From Paraspadella gotoi (lineage: Eukaryota; Animalia; Chaetognatha): a stretch of DNA of 64,000 bases. Of the stretch, positions 53,945 through 64,000 are shown in pieces. A program made the position numbers and the translations under genes. The notes under the pieces are model-generated. The model did no database searches and had not been told where the DNA came from. It worked only from the letters and a program-made list of their open reading frames with translations. Where the stretch lies: the NCBI GenBank assembly GCA_051294375.1, contig CM119270.1, positions 1,772,091 to 1,836,090 of the forward strand, given 5' to 3'. Positions within the stretch are counted from its first letter, which is position 1; every line of letters begins with the position of its first letter.

Positions 53945-55722
53945 TTGAGGAGGTGATTGGCGGAGGCGATTGAGGAGTGGTGATTGGTGATTGGTAGAGG
54001 GGGTTGAGGAGTGAGTGGTAAAAGTGATTGGTGATTGGTAGAGGGGGTTGAGGAGTAAGGCGTAGTAAAATTTCTAAATTTAACTTTAATTAAAATTTTA
54101 CTGCGTAAATTGTAAAATTTATTATAAATTTTTTTATTACATAAATGTTCATTAGCATAATGTTGTTCGTTCCTCACTTTTAGAATTTCAATTAAAGTTA
54201 AATTTAGAAATAGTACTAAACCAATAAATGTTAAAATTTCAAAACATTTTTTTTAAAGATTTTTTTGCAGATTTGGATTCGTCATAAAAAGTTGATAAAA
54301 AGAAATATAACTCTTTTTGAAAAATTCCTTCATTAAGTGGGTCAAAAATTAGAAAAAGCTATATTTTAAGCTGAAAATTAACTTTTTATATATTAAATAT
54401 AGTTTTTTTAATTTTTAACTCACTTAATGAAAGAAATTTTAAAAATGACTTATATTTTCTTTTATCAACTTTTGACGAGGAATTCAAATCTGCAATCAAA
54501 ATTAAGAAAAGCCTAATTTGAAAATTTTTGATTTTATAAGGATAGTACTATATATAAATATAGCCTACTGCAAAAATTAAAAAACATAAAATTATATTTT
54601 TTTTTACAAATTAAATTTTCACTGATGGTATGTTGTTCATATTGACTTTTAGAATTTTCGTATGTAACTTTCACTACGCCTTATTGAGGAGTGAGTGGTA
54701 AAAGTGATTGGTAGAGGTGGTTGAGTCGTGAGTGGTAAAATGATTGGTGATTGGTAGAGGGGGTTGATGACTGAGTGGTAAAAGTGATTGGTGATTGGTA
54801 GAGGGGTTGAGGAGTGAGTGGTAAAAGTGATTGGTGATTGGTAGTAGTGTTGAGAGGGAGTGTTAAAACTGATTGTGGTGATTGGTAGAGGGGTTTGAGG
54901 AGTGAGTGGTAATGATTGATTGGTGATTGGTAGAGGGTAGTTGAGGAGTGAGTGGTAAAAGTGATTGGTGATTGGCGAAGGCGGTTGAGGAGTGAGTGGT
55001 AAAAGTGATTGGTGATTGGCGGAGGCGGTTGAGGAGTGAGTGGTAAAAGTGATTGGTAGAGGGGTTGAGGAGTGAGTGGTTAAAGTGATTGGTAAGGGGT
55101 TGATGACTGAAATAAACGTAATTATTTATTGGTAGAGGGGTTGGGAGTGAGTGGTAAAAGTTATTGGTGATTGGTAGTGGTGTTTGAGGAGTGAGTGGTA
55201 AAACTGATTGGTGATTGGTAGAGGGGTTGAAGGAGTGAATGGTAAAGTGATTGGTGATTGGTAGAGGTGGTTGGGGAGTGAGTGGTAAAAGTGATTGGTG
55301 ATTGGCGGAGGCGTGTGAGGAGTGATTGGGAAAAGTGATTGGTGATTGTAGAGGGGTTGAGGAGTGAGTGGTAAAAGTGATTGGTGATTGGTAGAGGTGG
55401 TTGAGGAGTGAGTGGTAAAGATGATTGGGATGATTGATAGAAGTGGTTGATGAGTGAGTGGTAACAGTAATTATTGGTAGAGGAGGTTGAGGAGTGAGTG
55501 GTAAAAGTGATGGTGATTGGCGGAGGGGGTTGAGGAGTGAGAGGTAAAAGTGATTGGTGATTGGTAGAGGTGGTTGAGGAGTGAGTGGTAAAATTGATTG
55601 GTGATTGGCGGAGGCGGTTGAGGAGTGAGAGGTAAAAGTGATTGGTGATTGGTAAGAGGTGGTTGAGGAGTGAGTGGTAAAAGTGATTGGTGATTGGTAA
55701 GAGGTGGTTGAGGAGTGAGTGA
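53945..55722. repeat. ~44-bp G-rich satellite (TTGAGGAGTGAGTGGTAAAAGTGATTGGTGATTGGTAGAGGTGG), interrupted by a MITE
   Basis: Roughly 25 tandem units. Explains ORFs 54863-55825 and 55161-56039. Confidence 0.9.
54056..54683. mobile_element. hAT-like non-autonomous DNA transposon (MITE)
   Basis: TIRs TAAGGCGTAGTAAAA / TTTCACTACGCCTTA and 8-bp TSD TTGAGGAG (54048-54055 and 54684-54691). Internal palindrome at ~54266-54495. Confidence 0.75.
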
Positions 55723-55903
55723 TAATTGACAATGAACACAGCGTGGTTCTTTGACAATTTACTGTGAGACGCGTTCTGTGATGCAGTGACATTGTGAGAT
55801 GTGAGACGTGAGACAAGGCCACCAATTGGCCGATGAACGACGCCAGGTGTTGGACTAAAAAAATGATCTCGTGAGAATCGAAACTGGAAATGATGATAAA
55901 TCA

Positions 55904-55947
<44 letters not shown>

Positions 55948-56150
55948 TGAATGCCATAAAAATGGCATAAACCGTAATTTAAAATAATGAAATGATTTTC
56001 AAAAAAATAAAAAAAACCTCTTTTTTTTTTTCGTACCACGAATCAGCCAATTACCGATAATATATTAATTTGAAGACACTAAAAACACCGTTTCGATGAT
56101 ATATTCATACATATTTATTTACCCTCTCGCTCTCTCTCTTTCATATCCAG

Positions 56151-56313
56151 ATATGGTGACATGACTCCTAAAACAATCGCTGGAAAGATTCTTGGAGGGA
56201 TGTGTTCATTGAGCGGAGTCTTGGTCATCGCGCTCCCCGTCCCCGTCATCGTTTCTAACTTCAGCAGAATATATCATCAGAGCCAGCGGGCCGATGAGCG
56301 GAAAGCCCAAAAG
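56151..56313 (+). CDS. Shal: Shal/Kv4 voltage-gated K+ channel, pore-end/S6 exon
   Basis: (G)[54 protein letters not shown]. The intron splits the GYG motif as in Kv4 genes; CAG/GTAAG. Confidence 0.95.
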
Positions 56314-56720
56314 GTAAGGTCCAAGCCTAATCGCTTTGGGTAAGTTTAAAGTAATTGGTTCGTTTATCTCAAAATTTTATTTTAACTTTCATATTTGTAT
56401 ATTATATCCAAATTTATAACCTAATTTTATTTAATTTAATTTAATCTAATTTAACCTAATTTAATTTTAACTTTAATATTTATCTATTATATCCTAATCC
56501 ATAACCTAATTCTAATACCTAACTAAATCACAAACCCTAATCACTAACCTGATCCCAAACTCTCACCTCTTGCCTAATCTTTAACTAAATAAAATTAACT
56601 TAAATCCTAACTTGGGTTGTTTTTCGAAAATAAGGCCGTTAAAGGTAATCAAATTAAAAAACACCCCTTAAATTTATAATCAAGCTTAACTCTCACTTAT
56701 CGACCATTTTCACCCCCTTA

Positions 56721-56823
<103 letters not shown>

Positions 56824-57077
56824 TAATAATAATAATAATTTATTTATTATTTAAACAGATATAACGATGACACAATAACGACGCAAAATAATGATTCAAT
56901 TTATGAATATCAAATTGACAATTCATATCATCGACATGAATTAGTACATGCCACATAATTAATAAAATCTATAACGTAAAAAAATACTTTTAAAAAGGTG
57001 TATGTTGTAAGAAAATTTGGGCTTAATTAAAATTATCTCCCTCCTACAAAAAAAAACCAAAAACAAAACAACAACAG

Positions 57078-57269
57078 AAAGCCCGAATCACCCGTATCAA
57101 AATCGCTAAAAACCAAAGCGGCGCAGCATTCATCGCTGCCAAAAAGAAAACAGAAGAGAGACGGCGCCTCATCGAATCTGGCGCCCTGGAAGGGGAAGAT
57201 CTTAAGATCCATGAAGACATCTTCCAACTTCAACATCATCACCTTCTCCAATGCCTGGAAAGAACTACC
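57078..57269 (+). CDS. Shal: Shal/Kv4 exon (proximal C-terminus, dileucine motif)
   Basis: KARITRIKIAK...FQLQHHHLLQCLERTT matches Kv4 FExQHHHLLHCLEKTT; CAG/GTGAGT. Confidence 0.93.
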
Positions 57270-57388
57270 GTGAGTCGAGGAGAGTGCGTATTGGATGTGT
57301 GTGTGGGGGGGAAAGTTTTTGGCGACATCAACCCCTCGACCCTGCACCCCTCCACTCCTCCACCCATCGCCCCCCCCCCGTTAAACAG

Positions 57389-57535
57389 AACCGCGAGTTC
57401 GTGGACATGGACATGACATTCGAAGCTCGAGCTCTAGAAAGTCCGGAGCATCTCACTCCCACGCAATCGATGCAGTCCATCGCCGAGAACTTGCTAGACT
57501 GTTGCAGCCAATCGTGGTGCAGGAAAAAGTATCGG
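57389..57535 (+). CDS. Shal: Shal/Kv4 exon
   Basis: NREFVDMD...DCCSQSWCRKKYR; CAG/GTAAGT, phase 0. Confidence 0.88.
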
Positions 57536-58186
57536 GTAAGTCGGGGTTATGGGGGGGATGTGGTGGAGGGTATTGGCTTGCGGGGGAGGATGGAAAGTGT
57601 GGGGCGTCATGTCGAGTCATGTCATGTCGAGAGCGAGCTGATGAAGAAGTAGAAAAAAGAGAGAGAGATGAATGGTTTTTTTGTTCTTTTCTTTTTATCT
57701 CGCCAAGACGCCTGTTTTGGCGAGATAATGTGAAGGACAGGCTTTTTAAGGTTAAGTACATATGGGCCTTAATTTCCCAGAACGTCCCATTTTGTCTTTA
57801 AATTTTTGGAGATAGAAATTAGGGTAGAGATTAGGGTTAGGGATTTGGTTAAAGATTGGCTTGTGATTATGGTTAATGATTAGGGTTAGGGATTTGCTCG
57901 GTTAAAAAATATATATTTAGGTTAAATATTAAAAATGAAATGAGACACTATCGGAAAAGAGAGCCTAAGGCGCATTGTATGATGTTAAAAGTGAACAGCT
58001 AAATATAGATAAGAGTGACTTATTTTTTCCCCTTTTATCGACAAACGTATTACGATAAAAATATCGAATATAAACAAGCATTCACAAAAAAACAAACAAA
58101 AAAAAAACACGAAACATTGACCAAGCAGCTTCCCTTCAATTTTTTTGTTTTAGCAGTTCAATTTTTCATCGTTTTCCTCCTCCTCC

Positions 58187-58221
<35 letters not shown>

Positions 58222-58380
58222 CTCTCCCTTCTCTCTCTCTCTCTTCTCTCCTCTCTCTCTACTCTCTCTCTCTCCCTCACCCTGCCTAGACTCTCTCTCT
58301 CTGCACCGTAAAAAACAGCAAAAAAAAAAGGGAAAAATATCGGCGTGGAAGGAGGAAAAGGATTTTTATTGGATCTCCAG

Positions 58381-58524
58381 AGAGACTCATTCATCATAGT
58401 CGAACCTGATGACCGAGTCAACAGCATCGTCACTGTTGACTTCGGGGATCCTCGTTCAAGCCCTGCTTTTATCCGAGTTGGACTAAAGAATCTCATCCAT
58501 TATCGGAGAAATAAAAAGTCTTGA
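58381..58524 (+). CDS. Shal: Candidate alternative terminal exon of Shal
   Basis: ctccag acceptor, phase 0, open to stop: RDSFIIVEPDDRVNSIVTVDFGDPRSSPAFIRVGLKNLIHYRRNKKS*. Confidence 0.35.
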   Translation, partial: RDSFIIVEPDDRVNSIVTVDFGDPRSSPAFIRVGLKNLIHYRRNKKS

Positions 58525-59269
58525 GAGCATAAGTCGTCGAATCTTTTCCACCGGGCAGAGTGATTATGGCGTTCGAGTTTGCAATGGCCAATGCGAAATG
58601 TCTGGAACTTCGGGTTTCCAATGACCTTTGGTATTCAGATTTGCAATTTCCTTTTTAATTTAAGTTCGCAATAACCGTGTACGGAATTGTAATTTTCTTC
58701 CTTCAATGACCAATGACTTTCTGCTTTGCAATGACTCTTGACGTTCTGGTTTGCAATGACACGTTTCCAGTTTCGCGACAATGGAGTGGGATCTGCAGTT
58801 TAATGGGTCATCCTCTGTTTTTAAAAACAAAAACAACAACAACAACAAAAATGGCGGCTACGTCTGGCGACGTAGGGGATTGAAGATGGAATCCCTAGAG
58901 GAGGAGGAGTTGGAGGAGGAGGAGGAGGAGGAGGAGGATCGCCTTTTGCAGTTTGTCATTGGTTGTTTAGTACTTCGTCTTTAGACAGTAAAATTTAAAA
59001 TAAAAAAAAAACGAGACGTGAAAATGCGTTTTTTTCTCACTGTGCCGATGACGACTCGTGTGATTCCTGATTTATTTCGTGAATCGAAATCGCATCACAT
59101 TCGAATCACATTTTTGTTTCTCTTTTAAGAACAAAAATATTATTATTAATTTGGATTTTTTTTTCTTTAGATTTCCATTCTTACAGTTATTATTTATTTT
59201 TTTTGGTAAGAATCAAAGTTGATGAAAAGATGAATATTTTATCGGGTTTTTGCGACTGGATAACAGAGA

Positions 59270-59302
<33 letters not shown>

Positions 59303-59467
59303 NNNNNNNNNNNNNNNNNNNNNNNNNNNNNNNNNNNNNNNNNNNNNNNNNNNNNNNNNNNNNNNNNNNNNNNNNNNNNNNNNNNNNNNNNNNNNNNNNN
59401 NNNNNNNNNNNNNNNNNNNNNNNNNNNNNNNNNNNNNNNNNNNNNNNNNNNNNNNNNNNNNNNNNNN

Positions 59468-59499
<32 letters not shown>

Positions 59500-59806
59500 T
59501 AAATATCACGCTCACGAATCGCTTTTCCAACCCTTTTTTATTTTTTCTTCCTTACTCCGTCAAATTTTCTTTCTTCCTCCCTTTTCTTCTGCCTCCCCTT
59601 TATCCTTCCACCCTTTCCTCCTTCCTCCCTTTCCTACCATCTTCAACCTTATTTTTTCTTCCTCCCTTTCCTCCTTCCCTCATTTTCTCCCTTGTTTCAT
59701 CCTGAAATCATTTTTCCCTTTCCTCCCGCCTCTCTCCGTTTTCTCTTTCCTCCCCTTCCTCTTTTCTCTCTTTCCTTTTTCCTCCCTTTCCTTCCTCCTT
59801 TTTTAG

Positions 59807-60004
59807 GCGGCGCGCAATTCTTCCCCTGATCGATCGCAAGAACTAAATGACATTCAAATACGCGGCGGCGGCGGCGGAGTCCTCGGCGGCGGCGGCGTCG
59901 TCGGCGGCGTAGGCGGCGGCGGCGGTGGCGGTTTCGGCCAAAAAGGCGGACAGGCGGGTCCTGGCGTCCTGGAAGGCAGAGCCAAATTAAACGCCATCTC
60001 CAAG
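59807..60004 (+). CDS. Shal: Shal/Kv4 distal C-terminal exon
   Basis: Strong pyrimidine tract. AARNSSPDRSQELNDIQIR resembles Kv4 QELSTIQIR and is followed by a Gly-rich run; donor AAG|GTCGGT. Confidence 0.7.
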
Positions 60005-60337
60005 GTCGGTTAAGTAATGATAGAAATAAAAACAATGCTAATTAAATGTACAAATAATATTTGAATTAAAACAAAATTAAAATCAATTCCATGAAAACCG
60101 TATCTTATGATATGACTGATTATCTAAATTGCTACAATATGTAAATGAGATTGAAGAACACAATCTGTTAATCTGCTCATTGAAAGTAAAAATTTATCCC
60201 AAACTAAGTACATATTTTTAATTAGAATGAAATACGGTTCGTTATCAGTTACATATTAATTTACAATTCGTTATTATATATCAGTTAGATTTACATAACC
60301 AAATAATGAGAGTAATATATACATTTTAAAAAATCAG

Positions 60338-60395
60338 GACGACGATCCTGCCGCGCCGACGAGCGTTCACATCATGCCATACAACGAACAACATG
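60338..60395 (+). CDS. Shal: Probable small Shal exon
   Basis: CAG/GTAAAC; DDDPAAPTSVHIMPYNEQH. Phase 0 to phase 1 links the flanking exons in frame. Confidence 0.5.
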
Positions 60396-60616
60396 GTAAA
60401 CAAAATAGCACGGTAACAAAATAACAAGGTAGCAAAATATTTAGATAAAATAGTTAATTAGGCTATCAATTAGCTTGTTTATAAGTTAAAAGTTATTTTA
60501 AAAATTAATTAACAGGGAAACAACCATTTGATTTGTTTTTTTCCTTTCGTAATTTAAATAAAACCATTTTGAAATTTTAAAAATATATAAGGATAGTACT
60601 ATATATAAAATAAGAT

Positions 60617-60733
<117 letters not shown>

Positions 60734-61380
60734 GAAAATTAACCGCGGAAATGTTTTCAATAATGAGACGGTTATATAATATAATACAACATAGATATAA
60801 TTGCAATAATTTGGATTCTAAACGTATTCAATATCGTCCAAAGTGACGTGAAAAGAATNNNNNNNNNNNNNNNNNNNNNNNNNNNNNNNNNNNNNNNNNN
60901 NNNNNNNNNNNNNNNNNNNNNNNNNNNNNNNNNNNNNNNNNNNNNNNNNNNNNNNNNNNNNNNNNNNNNNNNNNNNNNNNNNNNNNNNNNNNNNNNNNNN
61001 NNNNNNNNNNNNNNNNNNNNNNNNNNNNNNNNNNNNNNNNNNNNNNNNNNNNNNNNNNNNNNNNNNNNNNNNNNNNNNNNNNNNNNNNNNNNNNNNNNNN
61101 NNNNNNNNNNNNNNNNNNNNNNNNNNNNNNNNNNNNNNNNNNNNNNNNNNNNNNNNNNNNNNNNNNNNNNNNNNNNNNNNNNNNNNNNNNNNNNNNNNNN
61201 NNNNNNNNNNNNNNNNNNNNNNNNNNNNNNNNNNNNNNNNNNNNNNNNNNNNNNNNNNNNNNNNNNNNNNNNNNNNNNNNNNNNNNNNNNNNNNNNNNNN
61301 NNNNNNNNNNNNNNNNNNNNNNNNNNNNNNNNNNNNNNNNNNNNNNNNNNNNNNNNNNNNNNNNNNNNNNNNNNNNNNNN

Positions 61381-61859
61381 GCTTCTTCGACGGCGACCTC
61401 GGCGGCGGCGGCGTGGCCGCTCCGCTCGACGTACCGGACTACGACGCGGCTCTGATGCTGCCGACTCTGCCGTCGATGCCGGATCCCCCGGGCGGCGCCG
61501 CTACCGGCGCTCAATCCACGCCGGACTACGCCCACCTCAAACGCGCCGCCGGCGCCGCGGGAAACAACGGTTACGCCAACAACGCCGACAATCGAATCAC
61601 GACGTCGGCCATCGTGACCGCCAACGGCGGCGAGGCCGCGTCGGCGCCGCTGCCGACGCAGCTGCCGGCGCCGCCAGACTCGTATTCCTCGTCCGCGCCG
61701 GCGCCGTCTCCGCCGCAACGCCACCCAAACTCCGCCCAAAGCGCCTCCGCCGCCGCCTCTGCCGCCGCCTCAGCCGCCGCCGGGAAACCTACGCCGCAAA
61801 CGACAGCGGCCGCCGCCGCCGCCTCAGCGCCGCCCATTGTTAGGATATCGACGTTATGA
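61381..61859 (+). CDS. Shal: Shal/Kv4 last exon
   Basis: Ala/Pro-rich frame ending IVRISTL*, matching the Kv4-type C-terminal PDZ-ligand-like end (Kv4.2 IVRVSAL). The acceptor lies in the N gap. Confidence 0.82.
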
Positions 61860-62964
61860 TAGTTGTTCTTCTTTTTTTTTTATTCCTTACCTCTTCGATC
61901 ACGTGACCCCTTCGTCATCGCCTCCTCACCGGATCACGTGACCGTGACGTCATAACGTGACCCAAAGAGAAAAATAAAACTTCCGCGATTCTAGACCAAA
62001 ATAAACAAAAAAAAGCGAAAGGAGAAAAAAAATCAATTCCAAAATAAAACAAAAACACAAAATACAAAACATAAACAAAACATTAAATGTCTTCGTCTCT
62101 CTTATAACTTTTTTTCGGTGAATAAATAAATCAATTTTTTTCTCTCTGATCTGTTTTTCGATATATGTGTTTTTTGTTTTTTTTGTTTTTTTTTTTTTTG
62201 CCTCATGTGTTTCACTCTTTTTTATTTTTTGGGGGGGAAAAACTGTTTCCTCTCTTCGAAATGAAACAAAACAACGAATGCGAAACGCTTCAACCAGTAG
62301 GGAAAAAAAAATATAAAATTAAAGTATATAAATATGTCATTACGAAAAAAGAAAATGGCCGTCGATAAAATAGTAAAAAAAATGATGCAACAGAACTCGA
62401 TCTTTCCAGGCTACAAATAACAACAACAACAACCTCCAAACAACAACGGAAGTAAAAAGAAAAGCTGCCACCTGCGTCAGTCGTCGCAAGGCAACGAAAA
62501 ATCCACTTCAACGACGGAGAAGATTAAAGAAAAAAGAAATTTCCGTGTGTTTATATCGATGAAATCTCTCTCTCTCTCTCTCTCTCNNNNNNNNNNNNNN
62601 NNNNNNNNNNNNNNNNNNNNNNNNNNNNNNNNNNNNNNNNNNNNNNNNNNNNNNNNNNNNNNNNNNNNNNNNNNNNNNNNNNNNNNNNNNNNNNNNNNNN
62701 NNNNNNNNNNNNNNNNNNNNNNNNNNNNNNNNNNNNNNNNNNNNNNNNNNNNNNNNNNNNNNNNNNNNNNNNNNNNNNNNNNNNNNNNNNNNNNNNNNNN
62801 NNNNNNNNNNNNNNNNNNNNNNNNNNNNNNNNNNNNNNNNNNNNNNNNNNNNNNNNNNNNNNNNNNNNNNCTTTTTCAACTTACAACACGAAAACAAAAC
62901 CGTCTCTTGCACAGTAAACTAGCGAAGTTCATTAATCGTGGAATAATGATCGTTGATGCGTTCG

Positions 62965-63158
62965 AACGCCAACGTTGGGACGTCACATCGCACGCCGTCG
63001 CACGCCAATTTTGGCGCTTCAATCATCGCACGCCAATATTGGCGCATCAACCGTCGCACGCCAATTTTGGCTCTTCGATCATCGCACGTCAACTTTGGCG
63101 CGTCAGCCATGGCACGTCAACTTTGGCGCGTCAACCATCGCACGTCAATATTGGCGTT
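62965..63158. repeat. 28-bp palindromic minisatellite (CATCGCACGCCAATTTTGGCGCGTCAAC)
   Basis: About 6-7 tandem units with no unique spacers; the array is bounded by AACGCCAA / TTGGCGTT. Confidence 0.8.
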
Positions 63159-64000
63159 AGATTATCTAAATTCGCTCGACGACGTTTGTTACAAAAATGT
63201 GTCAACCATGTTTAACATAAAAATGTAAACTGCGTTACCCACATTAGAGTGATAGCTATAAACAAAAACTTTTACAATCATAAACAATTTTCAAACGACT
63301 CGTTTTTTTTTGGTCAAACGTCGTTTTGTCGAAAGATTAAATATTTCCGCGTCGATCACTCGTTATACAAATCTTCCCGTTAACTTTGCTATTTTACAAA
63401 TTGTTCATTTCAATTAGCTAAACGAATTTCCATTATTTTATTGACTTATTTCAAGAAAGGGGGAAAAATTACTAGGCAAGCCCCCCTCACGTATATATTA
63501 GAGGAAAAAAAAAACAACTAAACTAAAAAAAAAAACTTTTACATTCCGCATATCTGATAAAACTGTTATATTACTTTAGCTATTTTAACGCAATACATTT
63601 AATTTCACAGCGCGAACTCTGGATTATTAAGATAATGATAATGATAATGATAATGATGGTGACGGTTCTTCGGTTTTAAAGCAAAGATGAGTAGTGTTAA
63701 GATGAAAGGTGTCTAGCAAAGAGGAGTTAAAAAGTGGTGGTGTTAAGTCAAAAAATGGGTTGCGAAAGTCAAAAAAAGGTTATTTCATACAAATCTACAA
63801 ATTAGACTAACAATCCCAGCATCAAACTGATTGACTCGATCACATTCATTCCCATTTTTCAATCAGTTGCATTTTTTGCTTCAAACTCTCACACGCAATT
63901 GCGACAGTCCGTGAGCTTCAAATTTGCGCTGCTTTGGTTTAGCGAAAACATAAAGTTACGGGGAATCGAAATAAGAGCCGCCCCTAGAAAGGAAAAATGA

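Noticed and set aside
54863-56039. 320-aa and 292-aa repeat ORFs (also 35443-36366)
   Set aside because: They are translations of a ~44-bp satellite or CCAATCA-rich low-complexity DNA; the unit length is not a multiple of three.
62965-63158. CRISPR-like palindromic repeats
   Set aside because: The units are contiguous with no unique spacers, there are no cas genes, and the context is eukaryotic.

Overview
AT-rich, microsatellite-saturated draft assembly of an animal (invertebrate-type) genome, with many N gaps. Two spliced genes are supported. The first is a single-domain phospholipase B1-like GDSL lipase on the minus strand (about 29.4-36.3 kb) with a C-terminal transmembrane exon. The second is the 3' half of a Shal/Kv4 voltage-gated K+ channel on the plus strand (56.15-61.86 kb). 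Its 5' exons are not in the window, so the lipase may be nested in the channel's large pore intron. The most interesting signal is in small non-coding mobile elements. (i) A ~265-280 bp TG..CA solo-LTR family with 4-bp TSDs carries a tRNA-like Pol III promoter followed by a circularly permuted twister-ribozyme-like fold. (ii) A second solo LTR has 5S rRNA-like sequence. (iii) Two Penelope-type inverted repeats each contain a minimal hammerhead ribozyme. HINE/DINE-1-like elements, a hAT-like MITE, telomere-like-repeat elements and satellites are also present. Three large duplications (two tandem, one inverted) each sit at an exactly 25-N gap and are probably assembly artefacts. Almost all ORFs in the supplied track are microsatellite translations.
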